Shown here: positions 30,603-40,397 of the stretch, one piece after another
How the letters are laid out: each line of letters begins with the position of its first letter
Position numbering within the stretch: the first letter of the stretch is position 1
Source of the DNA: an uncultured Chloroflexia bacterium
GTDB lineage: Bacteria > Chloroflexota > Limnocylindria > Limnocylindrales > CSP1-4
Assembly (NCBI GenBank): GCA_963712745.1
Contig: CAVQJC010000020.1
Coordinates: 480,001-544,000, forward strand
Length of the DNA: 64,000 nucleotides
Direction of reading: 5' to 3'
Translations under genes and position numbers: made by a program
Notes under the pieces: model-generated
Database searches by the model: none
What the model was told of the DNA's origin: nothing
What the model saw: only the letters and a program-made list of their open reading frames with translations

Positions 30603-33083
30603 CTAGGCGACGCCCGCGCCGGGCTCGAAGGACCGGCCTGCCGGCGGCAGGAAGATGGCCTGACGCTCCTCCGGGATGGATTCGAGGTCTTCATCAGACA
30701 CCCGGCCCGCGGGCCACAGCGGTGTGGCGGGCGCGTCCATCTGGGGCAGGACAAGCCCGCTCTCGAGCCCGTGTACATCGACGTAGGTGGCTTCGACGGA
30801 GGCGTTGGGCCGGCCGAGCAGGAAGCCCTGGGCTGCGCCGATGTCGAGCTGGCGGATGACCTGCAACTGCCGAGGCGTCTCCACTCCCTCCGCGACGACG
30901 CGGGCGCGCTGGCTCAGGGCCAGGTCGCGCAGTGACTCAAGCACCGTGCGTGCACCTACCCGGCGGACGCCGTCCTGGACCAGCGCCAGATCGATCTTGA
31001 CGATGTCGAACTGGACCTGGCTGAGCAGGCGCAGGCCGGAATTGCCGGCGCCAACGTCGTCAGCCGCGAGCCGCAGGCCGTACTGCTGCAAGTTGGCGAA
31101 CGTCTTGCGCAGGCGGTTGAGATCGGCGATCTCGTCGCGCTCGGTGAGCTCGACGATGACGCGGCTGGGCGAGATTCCCGCCTTCATCAGCCCCGAGAGC
31201 AGCCAGGCCGGATCGAAGTCCTTGACCTCCAGTGTGCGCGGCGAGAGATTGAGCGTGAGCAGGCGGTCGGGTCCGATCGCCCGAGCGCCTTCGATCACCG
31301 CTTCGATACAGGCGAGGTCGAGCTCGACGGTGCGGCCGGAGGCTGCAGCCGCGGCGAAGAGCCTGGTGGTGTCCGGAAGCGGGCCGTTGGGGTCGGGCCG
31401 GATGAGGCCTTCGAAGCCGAGGATGCGACCAGTACGCAGGTCCACGATGGGCTGGAAGACGGGGCGCAACAGCTTGCCGGTCACGGCCTCGGCCACGGCG
31501 TTGCCGGTGACGTCGTTGAAGTCATCCGGTAGCTGGTCCCGCTCGGGATCGAAGACCTCGACCGCACCGCGACCGTGACGCTTGGCCCAGTAGAGTGCCG
31601 CGTCCGCCTGGCGGTAGACCATGTCGCGCTGGCTCGTGAACGCGGGTACTCCGGACACGCCGCTGGAGAAGAGGCAGGGCCGGGCTCCGCCGTTCGGCCG
31701 CGTGCTGAAGTGGAGCATGCGTTCGGCCACGCAGACCGCTTCATCGATGTCGGTTTCGCGCAGGATGATGGCGAACTCGTCGCCGCCGATGCGGTAGAGC
31801 CCGTCGCCCTCCCTGGCCTGCTCCCGCATCGTCTGGGCCATCGTCTCGAGCATCTCGTCTCCCGCGGCATGACCATCGCGGTCGTTCACGAGCTTGAGAT
31901 CATCGAGATCCATGAGCACGAGACTGAAGGGCGAGCCCCGCTTCTCGAACTCCTCGATGCGCCTGCGCAGTTCCTCCTGGAAGGCACGGTGATTGCCCAG
32001 GCTGGTGAGACCGTCCGCCAGCGCATGCTCGCGCGCCTCCTTGTAGAGCTCCTCCAGCTCGGCCCGGGAGTCGGCCATCTCCTCGAACGGGTGCAGGAAG
32101 TAGCGCACCAGCACGATGGCCGCGAGGATGGCCCCGGCCAGCATCGCCACCAGCGCCAGGCGGACCTCCAGCGGCATCTCCGCGGGCGGCTCCGACCAGA
32201 CCTGGACGAGGCCGGTGGGCGAGCCGTTGCCGTTGCCCCACAGCGGCACGACCGTGGCCGCCAGGCCCATGGCCGCGAGCTCGTCGTGGGCCGCAGGGTC
32301 CCTGGCCAGGAGGCCTTCGACGTGAGGCGCGATGCTGGTCAGGTCTGGCGGGAGCGCACCGTTGACCGGAGCCGCGTCGGCCGGGGTGGCCGCGATGACC
32401 TCCGACGACCCCATGTCCACGAGCATCGAAGACACCGCGTCACCGCCTGTCGTGCGGTTCCGGTCGAACAGTGCTGCGACGTCCAGCTCGAGCGAGAGGA
32501 CGCCGTGGTGGCGCTCGCCAGCCGAACGCAGGGGGGTGGCGAGGATGAGGCGTGCCAGATCACCGTCTCCGGCCGGGCCCCGAACGACGACGTCGGATGG
32601 GGCGGCGAGCGCACGACGGCGCACGCTCCCGCCAACGCAAGCGCTGGTGGGGTCCTCGGCAGGTCCGACCAGCGGGATACGTCGGCCATCGGACGAGCGC
32701 ACGACGCAGGCAGCGGTCACGGCACCGCCGTTCCCGCCACGGAGGCGGTTGACGACCTGGTCGGCGAACTGCTTGTCGGTGGCACCGCTGATGCCGTTGG
32801 CCAGTCGGGCCATGTCGGGATCGGCCGCGGCCACCAGCAGCCGCGCCTCGATCGACTGTTCGTGAGCGACCAGGTTGGCGGCGGTCTCCGACGTCTGGCT
32901 GGCGCGCTCGGACGCGGCGGGGGTCTCGCCCGCGTCGAGCAAGTAGGTCGTCAGGTAGATGCCGGACGCCGTCGGCACCAGCGCCAGCGCCAGCATGGCG
33001 GCCCAAAGGCGCCAGCGGACCGACCGGGGTGCGTCGGCCGGTCGCGCCTTGTGGCGATCATGCACGGGGCGGAGCGTGGACAA
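30603..33083 (-). CDS. Membrane-anchored diguanylate cyclase/phosphodiesterase (sensor-GGDEF-EAL)
   Basis: Two TM segments around an extracytoplasmic domain; RxxD I-site (REGD) and GGDEF; EGL, DDVGAG, KID, AEGVE and QGF EAL motifs. Confidence 0.92.
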   Translation of the reverse strand: MSTLRPVHDRHKARPADAPRSVRWRLWAAMLALALVPTASGIYLTTYLLDAGETPAASERASQTSETAANLVAHEQSIEARLLVAAADPDMARLANGISGATDKQFADQVVNRLRGGNGGAVTAACVVRSSDGRRIPLVGPAEDPTSACVGGSVRRRALAAPSDVVVRGPAGDGDLARLILATPLRSAGERHHGVLSLELDVAALFDRNRTTGGDAVSSMLVDMGSSEVIAATPADAAPVNGALPPDLTSIAPHVEGLLARDPAAHDELAAMGLAATVVPLWGNGNGSPTGLVQVWSEPPAEMPLEVRLALVAMLAGAILAAIVLVRYFLHPFEEMADSRAELEELYKEAREHALADGLTSLGNHRAFQEELRRRIEEFEKRGSPFSLVLMDLDDLKLVNDRDGHAAGDEMLETMAQTMREQAREGDGLYRIGGDEFAIILRETDIDEAVCVAERMLHFSTRPNGGARPCLFSSGVSGVPAFTSQRDMVYRQADAALYWAKRHGRGAVEVFDPERDQLPDDFNDVTGNAVAEAVTGKLLRPVFQPIVDLRTGRILGFEGLIRPDPNGPLPDTTRLFAAAAASGRTVELDLACIEAVIEGARAIGPDRLLTLNLSPRTLEVKDFDPAWLLSGLMKAGISPSRVIVELTERDEIADLNRLRKTFANLQQYGLRLAADDVGAGNSGLRLLSQVQFDIVKIDLALVQDGVRRVGARTVLESLRDLALSQRARVVAEGVETPRQLQVIRQLDIGAAQGFLLGRPNASVEATYVDVHGLESGLVLPQMDAPATPLWPAGRVSDEDLESIPEERQAIFLPPAGRSFEPGAGVA

Positions 33084-33284
33084 TGGGGTTCTCCCTTTCC
33101 GGGCGTGGGGCCAGTCAAGCTCTCACATCGCGACACGGGTAGTGACGCAAGAGCGCCATCGGGAGGCAGGACTGTGCCCGCGCGCACCGGGCCCCAGGCC
33201 CCATCCACAACGACCATGGCCACTTCCGACCTCACCCCAGTTCACCCGGATTCGGCTACGTATACCACTCCTCGCGAACGGAAG

Positions 33285-33328
33285 TGCATGACTATGCAAT
33301 AATGTCCCTGCACGCGCATGTTAATGCA
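33285..33328. promoter_or_regulatory. Two ARG boxes upstream of argG
   Basis: TGCATGACTATGCA at 33285-33298 and CGCATGTTAATGCA at 33315-33328 fit the TGCAT-n4-ATGCA ArgR palindrome and form an AT-rich island. Confidence 0.8.
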
Positions 33329-33467
33329 GGACTGTGAGCCGCCACTGCGCCGTGTGCCACGCACATCCAGGGGCGTCCGGCGTGCGTCGGGCACCCCTCG
33401 TGCTCTCGTCACGAATCCGCGGGTCCCCGGGCCCGCTCGAGCAACCGCAGGGTTTCGGAGGTAGACA

Positions 33468-34733
33468 GTGAAGAAGGTCGTGCTCGCCTATTCAGGCGGG
33501 TTGGATACGTCGGTCGCAGTAGCCTGGCTCAAGGAACAGTACGAGACCGAGGTGGTGACGCTGACGGTCGACCTTGGGGGTGAGTCCCTGCGCGAGGGCG
33601 TTGCCGATCGCGCCCTCAAGAGCGGGGCCAGCCGCGCCTATGTCATCGACGGCCGGGACCGCTTCATCCGCCAGTTCGTCTGGCCCAGCCTGCAGGCCAA
33701 TGCGCTCTACCAGGGCGTGTATCCGCTGGCCACCGCACTGGCCCGTCCGCTCATCGCCCAGCTGCTCGTGGAGGTCGCCGACCGCGAACGCTGCGACGCA
33801 GTGGCCCACGGCTGTACGGGCAAGGGCAACGACCAGGTCCGCTTCGACGTGGCCGTGCACGCGCTCGATCCTAGGCTCGAGGTCGTGGCCCCCATGCGTG
33901 TCGGGATGGGCCTCAGCCGTGACCAGGAGATCGACTACGCCATCGAGCGGGGGATCGACATCCCCATCACCAAGGAGTCGCCCTACTCCATCGATGTCAA
34001 CCTCTGGGGCCGTTCCTGCGAGACCGGCGTGCTCGAGGACCCCTGGGCCACGCCTCCGGCCGACGCCTACGAGTGGACCGTAGCCCCGACTGACGCCCCC
34101 GACATCCCCACCGAGCTGACCATCGGCTTCGAGGGTGGCATCCCCGTCTCGCTCGATGGCGAGTCGCTCGGTCCCGTCGAGCTCGTGCAGCGTGTGCACG
34201 ACATCGGCGGTGTGCACGGCATCGGCCGCATCGACCACGTCGAGGATCGCCTCGTGGGTATCAAGAGCCGCGAGATCTACGAGACGCCGGCGGCCACCAT
34301 CCTGCATACGGCCCACGCAGCCCTGGAAGGGCTCACCCTCTCCAAGGAGCAGCTGCGCTTCAACCGGCTCGTCGCCGACGAGACCGCCCAGGCCACGTAC
34401 GACGGCATCTGGTTCAGCGCTCTGCACCGGGACCTGCGCGAGTACATCCGCTCGAGCCAGCGGGTGGTGAACGGCCAGGTGCGCATGCGCCTCGACCACG
34501 GCAACGCCTACGTGGTCGGCCGCCGCAGTGACGATTTACTGTACGACCGCACCCTGGCGACCTACGATGCCGACGATGCCTACGACCACGCCGCCTCGGT
34601 CGGCTTCATCAAGATCTTCGGACTGCCCCTGCGCACCGAGGCAGCACGACATGGCTCGGCCTGGACCTGGACCGAGCCGATGCTGGGCGAGTTGCCGGTG
34701 GAAGTCGCCGACGCCGCGAGCACCAAGGCCTAG
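33468..34733 (+). CDS. argG: Argininosuccinate synthase
   Basis: LAYSGGLDTS, HGCTGKGNDQVRF, IKSREIYETP. Confidence 0.97.
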   Translation: MKKVVLAYSGGLDTSVAVAWLKEQYETEVVTLTVDLGGESLREGVADRALKSGASRAYVIDGRDRFIRQFVWPSLQANALYQGVYPLATALARPLIAQLLVEVADRERCDAVAHGCTGKGNDQVRFDVAVHALDPRLEVVAPMRVGMGLSRDQEIDYAIERGIDIPITKESPYSIDVNLWGRSCETGVLEDPWATPPADAYEWTVAPTDAPDIPTELTIGFEGGIPVSLDGESLGPVELVQRVHDIGGVHGIGRIDHVEDRLVGIKSREIYETPAATILHTAHAALEGLTLSKEQLRFNRLVADETAQATYDGIWFSALHRDLREYIRSSQRVVNGQVRMRLDHGNAYVVGRRSDDLLYDRTLATYDADDAYDHAASVGFIKIFGLPLRTEAARHGSAWTWTEPMLGELPVEVADAASTKA

Positions 34734-34736
34734 CTC

Positions 34737-36158
34737 ATGAAAGCCTGGGGTGGCCGATTCGCGGCAGAGCCGGACGCGAACGCAGCCGACTTCGGGCGAT
34801 CGATCGAGGTCGATTCCGAGCTGGCCATCGAGGACATCGCCGGTTCGCTCGCGCACGTCGGTGGCCTGGCTCGAGCCGGGCTCCTGAGCGAGGAGGAGGC
34901 CGTCGCCATCAGCGACGGCCTGCGCTCTATCGAGTCCGACGTGCGTGCCGGTTCGCTCGAGTGGGACCCGGCCCACGAGGACATCCACATGAGCGTGGAG
35001 ATGGAGTTGACCGCCCGCATCGGTCCGCTCGCGGGCAAGCTGCACACCGGGCGCTCACGCAACGACCAGGTGGCCACCGATCTGCGCTTGTACCTGCGCC
35101 GACGGGTGGCCGATATGGACGCTGCCATCGTGGCTCTCGAGCGCTCGCTGGTGGGCCTGGGCCTGGCCCACCGCGAGGCGGTCATGCCGGGGCACACGCA
35201 TGCGCAACCGGCGCAACCAGTGCTCTTCGCGCACCATCTGCTGGCCTACGTGGAGATGCTCGAGCGCGACCGTGGCCGCTTCGCCGATGCGCTCGCGCGG
35301 GCCTCGCTCTCCCCGCTGGGCTCGGGCGCCCTGGCCGGCGCGGGGTTCCCGCTCGACCGCGAGGCCACGGCCGAGGCGCTCGGCTTCAGCGGGGTCACGC
35401 GTAATTCGATCGACGCGGTCGGCGATCGCGACCCGGTGGTCGAGACGGTGAGCGCGGTCGCGCTCACGATGACCCACCTCTCCCGGCTGGCCGAAGAGAT
35501 CGTCTGGTGGACGAACCCCAACTTCGGCTTCGTCCGCCCGGCCGACGCCTGGTCGACCGGCTCGTCGATGATGCCCAACAAGCGCAACCCCGACCCGGCC
35601 GAGCTCATCCGCGGCCGGACAGCACGGGTGACCGGTCACCTCGTGGCGGCAGTGACCATGCTCAAGGGCCTGCCCGGGGGCTACCAGCGCGACCTGCAGG
35701 AGGACAAGCCGCCGCTGCTCGATGCGCTCTCCACCCTCGAGTCGTCGCTCAAGGTCATGGCCGGAATGGTCGCTACCCTGCAGGTCGACGAGGCGCGGAT
35801 GCTGGCCGCGGCGACGTCCGGCTACACCACCGCCACGGCCGTGGCCGACGCGCTGGTGGAGCTGGGCGTGCCCTTCCGCGAGGGTCACCGCATCGTGGGT
35901 TCGCTGGTCGCGAGGGCGGAGGCCGCGGGTGTCGAGCTGACGGAGCTTTCTGACGAGGACGTGGCGGAGGTGCTTGCCGACTCGACCGACCTGCTGGCCC
36001 AGGGTTGGGCGGCTGATGGGACCATCGCGGCCCGCCTGCGGGCTGCGGCCGAGCTGGGCAACGCGCTCGCGCGCCCGGACGTCATCGGTGGCACCGCGCC
36101 GGCGCGTGTGCACGTCGAGCTTTCGGCCAACGCCAAGCGCCTGGGTATCGCCGACTGA
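34737..36158 (+). CDS. argH: Argininosuccinate lyase
   Basis: WGGRF, HTGRSRNDQVATD, GSSMMPNKRNPD. Confidence 0.97.
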   Translation: MKAWGGRFAAEPDANAADFGRSIEVDSELAIEDIAGSLAHVGGLARAGLLSEEEAVAISDGLRSIESDVRAGSLEWDPAHEDIHMSVEMELTARIGPLAGKLHTGRSRNDQVATDLRLYLRRRVADMDAAIVALERSLVGLGLAHREAVMPGHTHAQPAQPVLFAHHLLAYVEMLERDRGRFADALARASLSPLGSGALAGAGFPLDREATAEALGFSGVTRNSIDAVGDRDPVVETVSAVALTMTHLSRLAEEIVWWTNPNFGFVRPADAWSTGSSMMPNKRNPDPAELIRGRTARVTGHLVAAVTMLKGLPGGYQRDLQEDKPPLLDALSTLESSLKVMAGMVATLQVDEARMLAAATSGYTTATAVADALVELGVPFREGHRIVGSLVARAEAAGVELTELSDEDVAEVLADSTDLLAQGWAADGTIAARLRAAAELGNALARPDVIGGTAPARVHVELSANAKRLGIAD

Positions 36159-36189
36159 CGCTCCGGCGCGCCAACCTCTCCTCCTTCGA

Positions 36190-37470
36190 TCAACCCGGTT
36201 CGCGGCGCGAACGGGAGACGCGCACCGACCCGCGGTCGACGACGATCTCGGCCGGCATGGGATGCGAGAGGAAGAGTGGCATGGACTCGCTGTAGCCGTA
36301 GGCGCCGGCGTCGAGCACCGCGAAGAGGTCGCCGGCCCGCGGTGCGGGTGCGCGCAGGTCGGAGGCGAGGATGTCGATACCGGTGCACAGCGGGCCGACC
36401 AGATCGACCCGGGCATCCGAAGAGCGCTCAGCTGCCGAACCCACCGGCAGCACGCGGTGATCCTGGCCCACCAGGCGCGGGCGCAACAGATGGTGGATAC
36501 CGCCGTCACTGACGGCCACCGAGCGGCCTCCCCGCACCTTGGTCCGAACGACACGGCAGAGATAGACCCCGGCCGGCGCGGCCAACCAACGGCCCGGCTC
36601 CAGCAGCAGCCGCGCCCCGCGAAGCGCCGGCCGCGTGGACCACGTATCCAACTCCCGGCCGATCCCCTCCCCCAGCGCAGCGAGGTCGAGGTCTGCCTCC
36701 CCGGCGGCATACGGAACGCCCAGCCCGCCCCCCGCGTCGAGCAGGGTCAGCTCCAGCCCGTGCCGCTCGGCGATGCGCTCGGTCCGCCGGGCCAGGTCGG
36801 CTACGCCCTCCACGAGCACGGCCGCCTCAAGCACGTTGGAGGCACCGAAGGCATGGAAGCCGCGCAGCACGAACGGCCCCTCGGGGGCGAGCGCGCCGGC
36901 TGCACGGAGCCGAGTGACCGCGGCGTCGGCCTCGTCGTCGGTAAGCCCGAACTTGACGTTGCCCGGGGCGCTGATGATGGGAAGTCCCTCGGCCTCGCCC
37001 TCGGTCGCCAGGCGCAGAGCCAGCCCCTGCCCAGGCTGCGCGCGGCCGGACATGGCCACGACCACGTCGAGCTCGTCGAGCGACTCGATCGTCAGCGCAC
37101 CCACGCCCGCGGTCAGCGCCTCCTCGATCTCCGCGTCGGTCTTGCCCGGGCCGGTGAAGACGACCCGGGCCGGGTCGAAGCCAGCGCGCAGGACCGCGCG
37201 CAGTTCGCCCCCGGAGGCGACGTCGGCACCGAGCCCGGCTGCGGCCAGCGTGCCCAGCACGTCGGGCGAGGAGTTGGCCTTGGTGGCGTAGGCCACCTCG
37301 ACCTCGCCCGGCAAGGCCCTGCGCAAGGCGGCCGCGCGGGAGCGCAACACTTCGGCGTCGTAGACGTACAAGGGGCTGCCGTAGGTGTGGGTGAGCTCGG
37401 CCGGGTCCAGGCCGGCGATGGTGCGCCCGACCTCGATGACGGGCGCAGCTGCCGTCGTCGCCCGACTCAC
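36190..37470 (-). CDS. lysA: Diaminopimelate decarboxylase family (fold-type III PLP)
   Basis: YATKAN PLP Lys, FTGPGK, DAGGG, EPGR, GPLCTGID, GAYG; GTG overlaps the dapD stop; dap operon context. Confidence 0.85.
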   Translation of the reverse strand: MSRATTAAAPVIEVGRTIAGLDPAELTHTYGSPLYVYDAEVLRSRAAALRRALPGEVEVAYATKANSSPDVLGTLAAAGLGADVASGGELRAVLRAGFDPARVVFTGPGKTDAEIEEALTAGVGALTIESLDELDVVVAMSGRAQPGQGLALRLATEGEAEGLPIISAPGNVKFGLTDDEADAAVTRLRAAGALAPEGPFVLRGFHAFGASNVLEAAVLVEGVADLARRTERIAERHGLELTLLDAGGGLGVPYAAGEADLDLAALGEGIGRELDTWSTRPALRGARLLLEPGRWLAAPAGVYLCRVVRTKVRGGRSVAVSDGGIHHLLRPRLVGQDHRVLPVGSAAERSSDARVDLVGPLCTGIDILASDLRAPAPRAGDLFAVLDAGAYGYSESMPLFLSHPMPAEIVVDRGSVRVSRSRREPG

Positions 37471-38399
37471 CGCAGAGCATCCTCCAGGGCCACCCGTGCG
37501 TCCGTGTTCGCGTCGCGGTACTTCACGATGAGCGGCACGGTCACCGAGATGCCCCTCTCCTGCGCCCACGCCGTGGTGGCCGGTCGCGTGCCCGGTATGA
37601 CCACCGCGCCGGACGGCACGACCAGCGGCGCGTCGGGCGTGCCGCGCAGCTCTCGCTCCTCGACCAGGTCGAACAGGCGGCTCTGGCCGGTGAGGATGGT
37701 GCCGGCACCGATGACGGCGCCGCGGCTGACGGTGACGCCCTCGTAGAGGCCTGCCCCACCACCTACGAAAGCGCCGTCCTCGACGATGACCGGCCGGGCG
37801 CCCGCCGGCTCCAGGACGCCGCCGATCTGGACCGCAGCACTGAGGTGGACAGCCTCGCCGACCTGGGCGCAGGAACCGACCAGCACGTGCGAGTCGATCA
37901 TCGTTCCCCGTCCCACCCAAGCGCCGATGTTGGCGTAGGCCGGCGGCATGATGGTCACGCCCGGTTCGAGATGAACGCCGCTGCGCACGGCGGTCCCGCC
38001 GGGGACGACGCGCCAGGGCGCTCCGGCGTCGGTGGCCGACCGAGCCGACGGACTCTCGAGCAGGTCCAGCAGGCCATAGGCCACCTTGTCCCGGGCAGCC
38101 ATGATCGGGCCATCCCGATACTCGCGCATGCCCGGCAGGCGAAAGCCCAGCAGGATGCCGGTCTTGACCCAGGCATCGACGCGCCAGCCTCCGTCGACCG
38201 ACGCGTCGGGAGCAGCCGCGCGCACCTCGCCGGCCTCGAGTGCCGTCACCAGCTCGGCCACCAGCGCGGCCACTTCCTCGAGCAAGGGCACGGCCGGCGC
38301 GCCCCCGGCCTCGGCCCAGGCCGCGTCGGCGGCAAGGACGCGTGCGGCCAGGGACGTCGCGCCGGGGACGGCGGCCTCGGCGGCCAGCTCGGTCGTCAT
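37467..38399 (-). CDS. dapD: Tetrahydrodipicolinate N-succinyltransferase
   Basis: WVKTGILLGFR, hexapeptide repeats, GSCAQVG, IGGVLEP. Confidence 0.93.
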   Translation of the reverse strand: MTTELAAEAAVPGATSLAARVLAADAAWAEAGGAPAVPLLEEVAALVAELVTALEAGEVRAAAPDASVDGGWRVDAWVKTGILLGFRLPGMREYRDGPIMAARDKVAYGLLDLLESPSARSATDAGAPWRVVPGGTAVRSGVHLEPGVTIMPPAYANIGAWVGRGTMIDSHVLVGSCAQVGEAVHLSAAVQIGGVLEPAGARPVIVEDGAFVGGGAGLYEGVTVSRGAVIGAGTILTGQSRLFDLVEERELRGTPDAPLVVPSGAVVIPGTRPATTAWAQERGISVTVPLIVKYRDANTDARVALEDALR

Positions 38400-39322
38400 G
38401 CCGCGGCCACAGCAGCGGTCTCGAGCAGCCCCAGCTCATCGAGCACGCTGCGCAGCCGGGCGCGATTGGCGTCGTCCAGCGGCAGCATCGGCATGCGCAG
38501 GGCGTCGGTGATGAGGCCCATCTCGGCCATGGCCGCCTTCACTGGCGCGGGGCTGGTGGTGATGAAGTTGGCGCGGAAGAGGCCGAGGTAGCGGTAGTGG
38601 ATCGCGCGGGCGGTGTCCATGTCACCGGCGCTGGCCGCCGCGCACAGCTCGACCATCACCTGCGGCACCTCGTTGGAGGCCACCGAGATGACGCCATCGC
38701 CGCCCACGCCCATGATCGGCAGCGTCCAGCTGTCGTCGCCAGACAGCACCGCGAAGCCCTCCGGCCGGTCACGCACGATGGTCATGATCTGCTCCATGTT
38801 GGCCGAGGCCTCCTTCACGGCCACGATGCGCTCGTGCTCGGCCAGGTGCATGAGCGTGTCGGCGCCCACGTTGCCGCCGGTGCGGCCGGGCACGTTGTAG
38901 ACCACCACCGGCAGGCCGCCCTCGTCGGCCACGGCGCGGTAGTGGGCCTCGAGCATGCGCTGGTCTGGCTTGTTGTAGTAGGGCGAGACCACGAGCGCCG
39001 CGTCGGCTCCCACCTCCGCGGCCTGACGGGTGTAGTCGATGGCGTGCTGGGTCACGTTGGACCCGGTGCCGGCGATGACGGGAATGGTGCCGGTCATGCC
39101 ACGGCGCCGCACCGTCTCGACGGTGAGCTCGATGACGCGGCGATCTTCCTCCGTGCTCAAGGTCGGTGATTCGCCGGTCGTGCCCACCGGCACCAGGCCG
39201 TTGATGCCGGCGTCGATCTGGCGTTCGACCATGCGCACGAGGGTGGGCTCGTCGAGCGATCCGTCGGCGTTCATGGGAGTGACGAGGGCGGTGATGGCAC
39301 CGCTGAGGGTCGGAGTCGTCAT
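38396..39322 (-). CDS. dapA: 4-hydroxy-tetrahydrodipicolinate synthase
   Basis: GTTGES, PYYNKP, YNVPGRTG, KEAS, SGDD. Confidence 0.96.
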   Translation of the reverse strand: MTTPTLSGAITALVTPMNADGSLDEPTLVRMVERQIDAGINGLVPVGTTGESPTLSTEEDRRVIELTVETVRRRGMTGTIPVIAGTGSNVTQHAIDYTRQAAEVGADAALVVSPYYNKPDQRMLEAHYRAVADEGGLPVVVYNVPGRTGGNVGADTLMHLAEHERIVAVKEASANMEQIMTIVRDRPEGFAVLSGDDSWTLPIMGVGGDGVISVASNEVPQVMVELCAAASAGDMDTARAIHYRYLGLFRANFITTSPAPVKAAMAEMGLITDALRMPMLPLDDANRARLRSVLDELGLLETAAVAAA

Positions 39323-39343
39323 GTCTGTCGTTCCTTTCGGTCT

Positions 39344-40096
39344 TCAGGCGGTCCGCTCGCGGACCAGGGTCGTGAACTGGGTGATGCCTTGTCGGTCTGG
39401 CTGCTCGAGCAGGGTGTCGGCTGCGAGCAGGGCTCCGGCCACGTAGGCGGAGCGGTCACGTGCCTCGATGCGGACCTGGAGCGCCTCACCCGGGCCATCG
39501 AAGCCCACGGTGTGCATGCCCGGATGGCTGCCGGCGCGCAGGGCCACTACCTCCAGCACGTCTGGATCCGGCGCGCCGCTGCCCGTGGCCAGGCGCGCCT
39601 CGCGCTTCGAGCGGAGGTGAGGTACGAGTCGATCGGCCACCGCCAGGGCGGTGCCCGACGGTCGGTCGGCCTTGGCTGCGCGATGCTGCTCGAAGAGGTA
39701 GGGGTCGTAGTCACTGAAGTTGCCGAACAGTCGGGCGGCGTACTCGGCGATGTCACCGAAGAGGACGGCGCCAAGGCTGAAGGTCGGCGCCACCACGGCC
39801 CGCGCGCCGTTCCCGTCAAGCCGGGCCGCGAGCGCGGCGCCGGTGTCATCAGCGAGGCTCCAGCCGGTGGTACCGATGATGAACGCGCGGCAGCCGGCTG
39901 CCAGGCCAAGATCGATGTGCTCGAGCAAGGTCGAGTGGTGGCTGAACTCGAAGGTGACATCGACCGCTGCCAGGTCGTCGGCGGCCGGGTAGCCGGTCTC
40001 GCGCCCGGCGATCGCGGCGACCTGGTCCCCTCGTTTCTCGAGCGCGCCCGCGATGGCGCTGCCCATGTTGCCAGAGCCGGTGATGAGTGCTCGCAT
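39344..40096 (-). CDS. dapB: 4-hydroxy-tetrahydrodipicolinate reductase
   Basis: GNMG, GTTGW, EQHRAAKADRPSGTA; ATG at 40096 after a GAGGAA RBS. Confidence 0.9.
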   Translation of the reverse strand: MRALITGSGNMGSAIAGALEKRGDQVAAIAGRETGYPAADDLAAVDVTFEFSHHSTLLEHIDLGLAAGCRAFIIGTTGWSLADDTGAALAARLDGNGARAVVAPTFSLGAVLFGDIAEYAARLFGNFSDYDPYLFEQHRAAKADRPSGTALAVADRLVPHLRSKREARLATGSGAPDPDVLEVVALRAGSHPGMHTVGFDGPGEALQVRIEARDRSAYVAGALLAADTLLEQPDRQGITQFTTLVRERTA

Positions 40097-40159
40097 CGTG
40101 CGTATTCCTCGTCGTGGTGTGGTGGTCGTCCGTGACGAGGCCGCCGGGGGCTCCGAGCC

Positions 40160-40200
40160 AAACAAAAAGACCGCAGTCACCCTCGTCGGTGTCTGCGGCC
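40160..40200 (-). terminator. Intrinsic terminator in the dapB 5' leader (attenuator)
   Basis: Minus strand GGCCGCAG-ACACC..GGTGA-CTGCGGTC hairpin followed by TTTTTGTTT. Confidence 0.85.
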
Positions 40201-40251
40201 CTCGGAGCCTTGCCTAGCGGCCCCGAGTCGGTCGTTCCCGAACGAAGCCGT

Positions 40252-40314
40252 CTAGGCCCGTGCCTCCAGGCAGGGCCGCGTGGGCTTCGGCTTGAGAACG
40301 TACTGGTACTGCAT
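40252..40314 (-). CDS. Putative Lys-sensing leader peptide MQYQYVLKPKPTRPCLEARA
   Basis: 20-codon uORF between the promoter and the terminator; AAG codons at positions 8 and 10. Confidence 0.7.
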   Translation of the reverse strand: MQYQYVLKPKPTRPCLEARA

Positions 40315-40324
40315 CCGATGGCGG

Positions 40325-40353
40325 AGTCTGCCGGGTCGGGGCGGCCACGTCAA
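40325..40353 (-). promoter_or_regulatory. Sigma70-type promoter of the dap operon
   Basis: TTGACG-17 nt-CAGACT on the minus strand, 10 nt before the leader ATG. Confidence 0.65.
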
Positions 40354-40397
40354 GTCGGCACCGTGATCCGGTGTTGCGCGGCCGCCCATGGCCGGTC

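Noticed and set aside
33318-33464. 48-aa Arg-rich uORF ending at the argG RBS
   Set aside because: Arg richness is expected by chance at this GC content, it lacks the 20-codon leader architecture, and the ARG boxes already explain regulation.
37471-38439. N-terminal extension of the 749-aa ORF
   Set aside because: Alternative frame of dapD; lysA starts at 37470.
40160-40353. Canonical lysine (L-box) riboswitch
   Set aside because: The conserved AGAGGUGC/loop-E/kink-turn features were not seen and the leader is better explained by a uORF attenuator; an Rfam scan is still needed.
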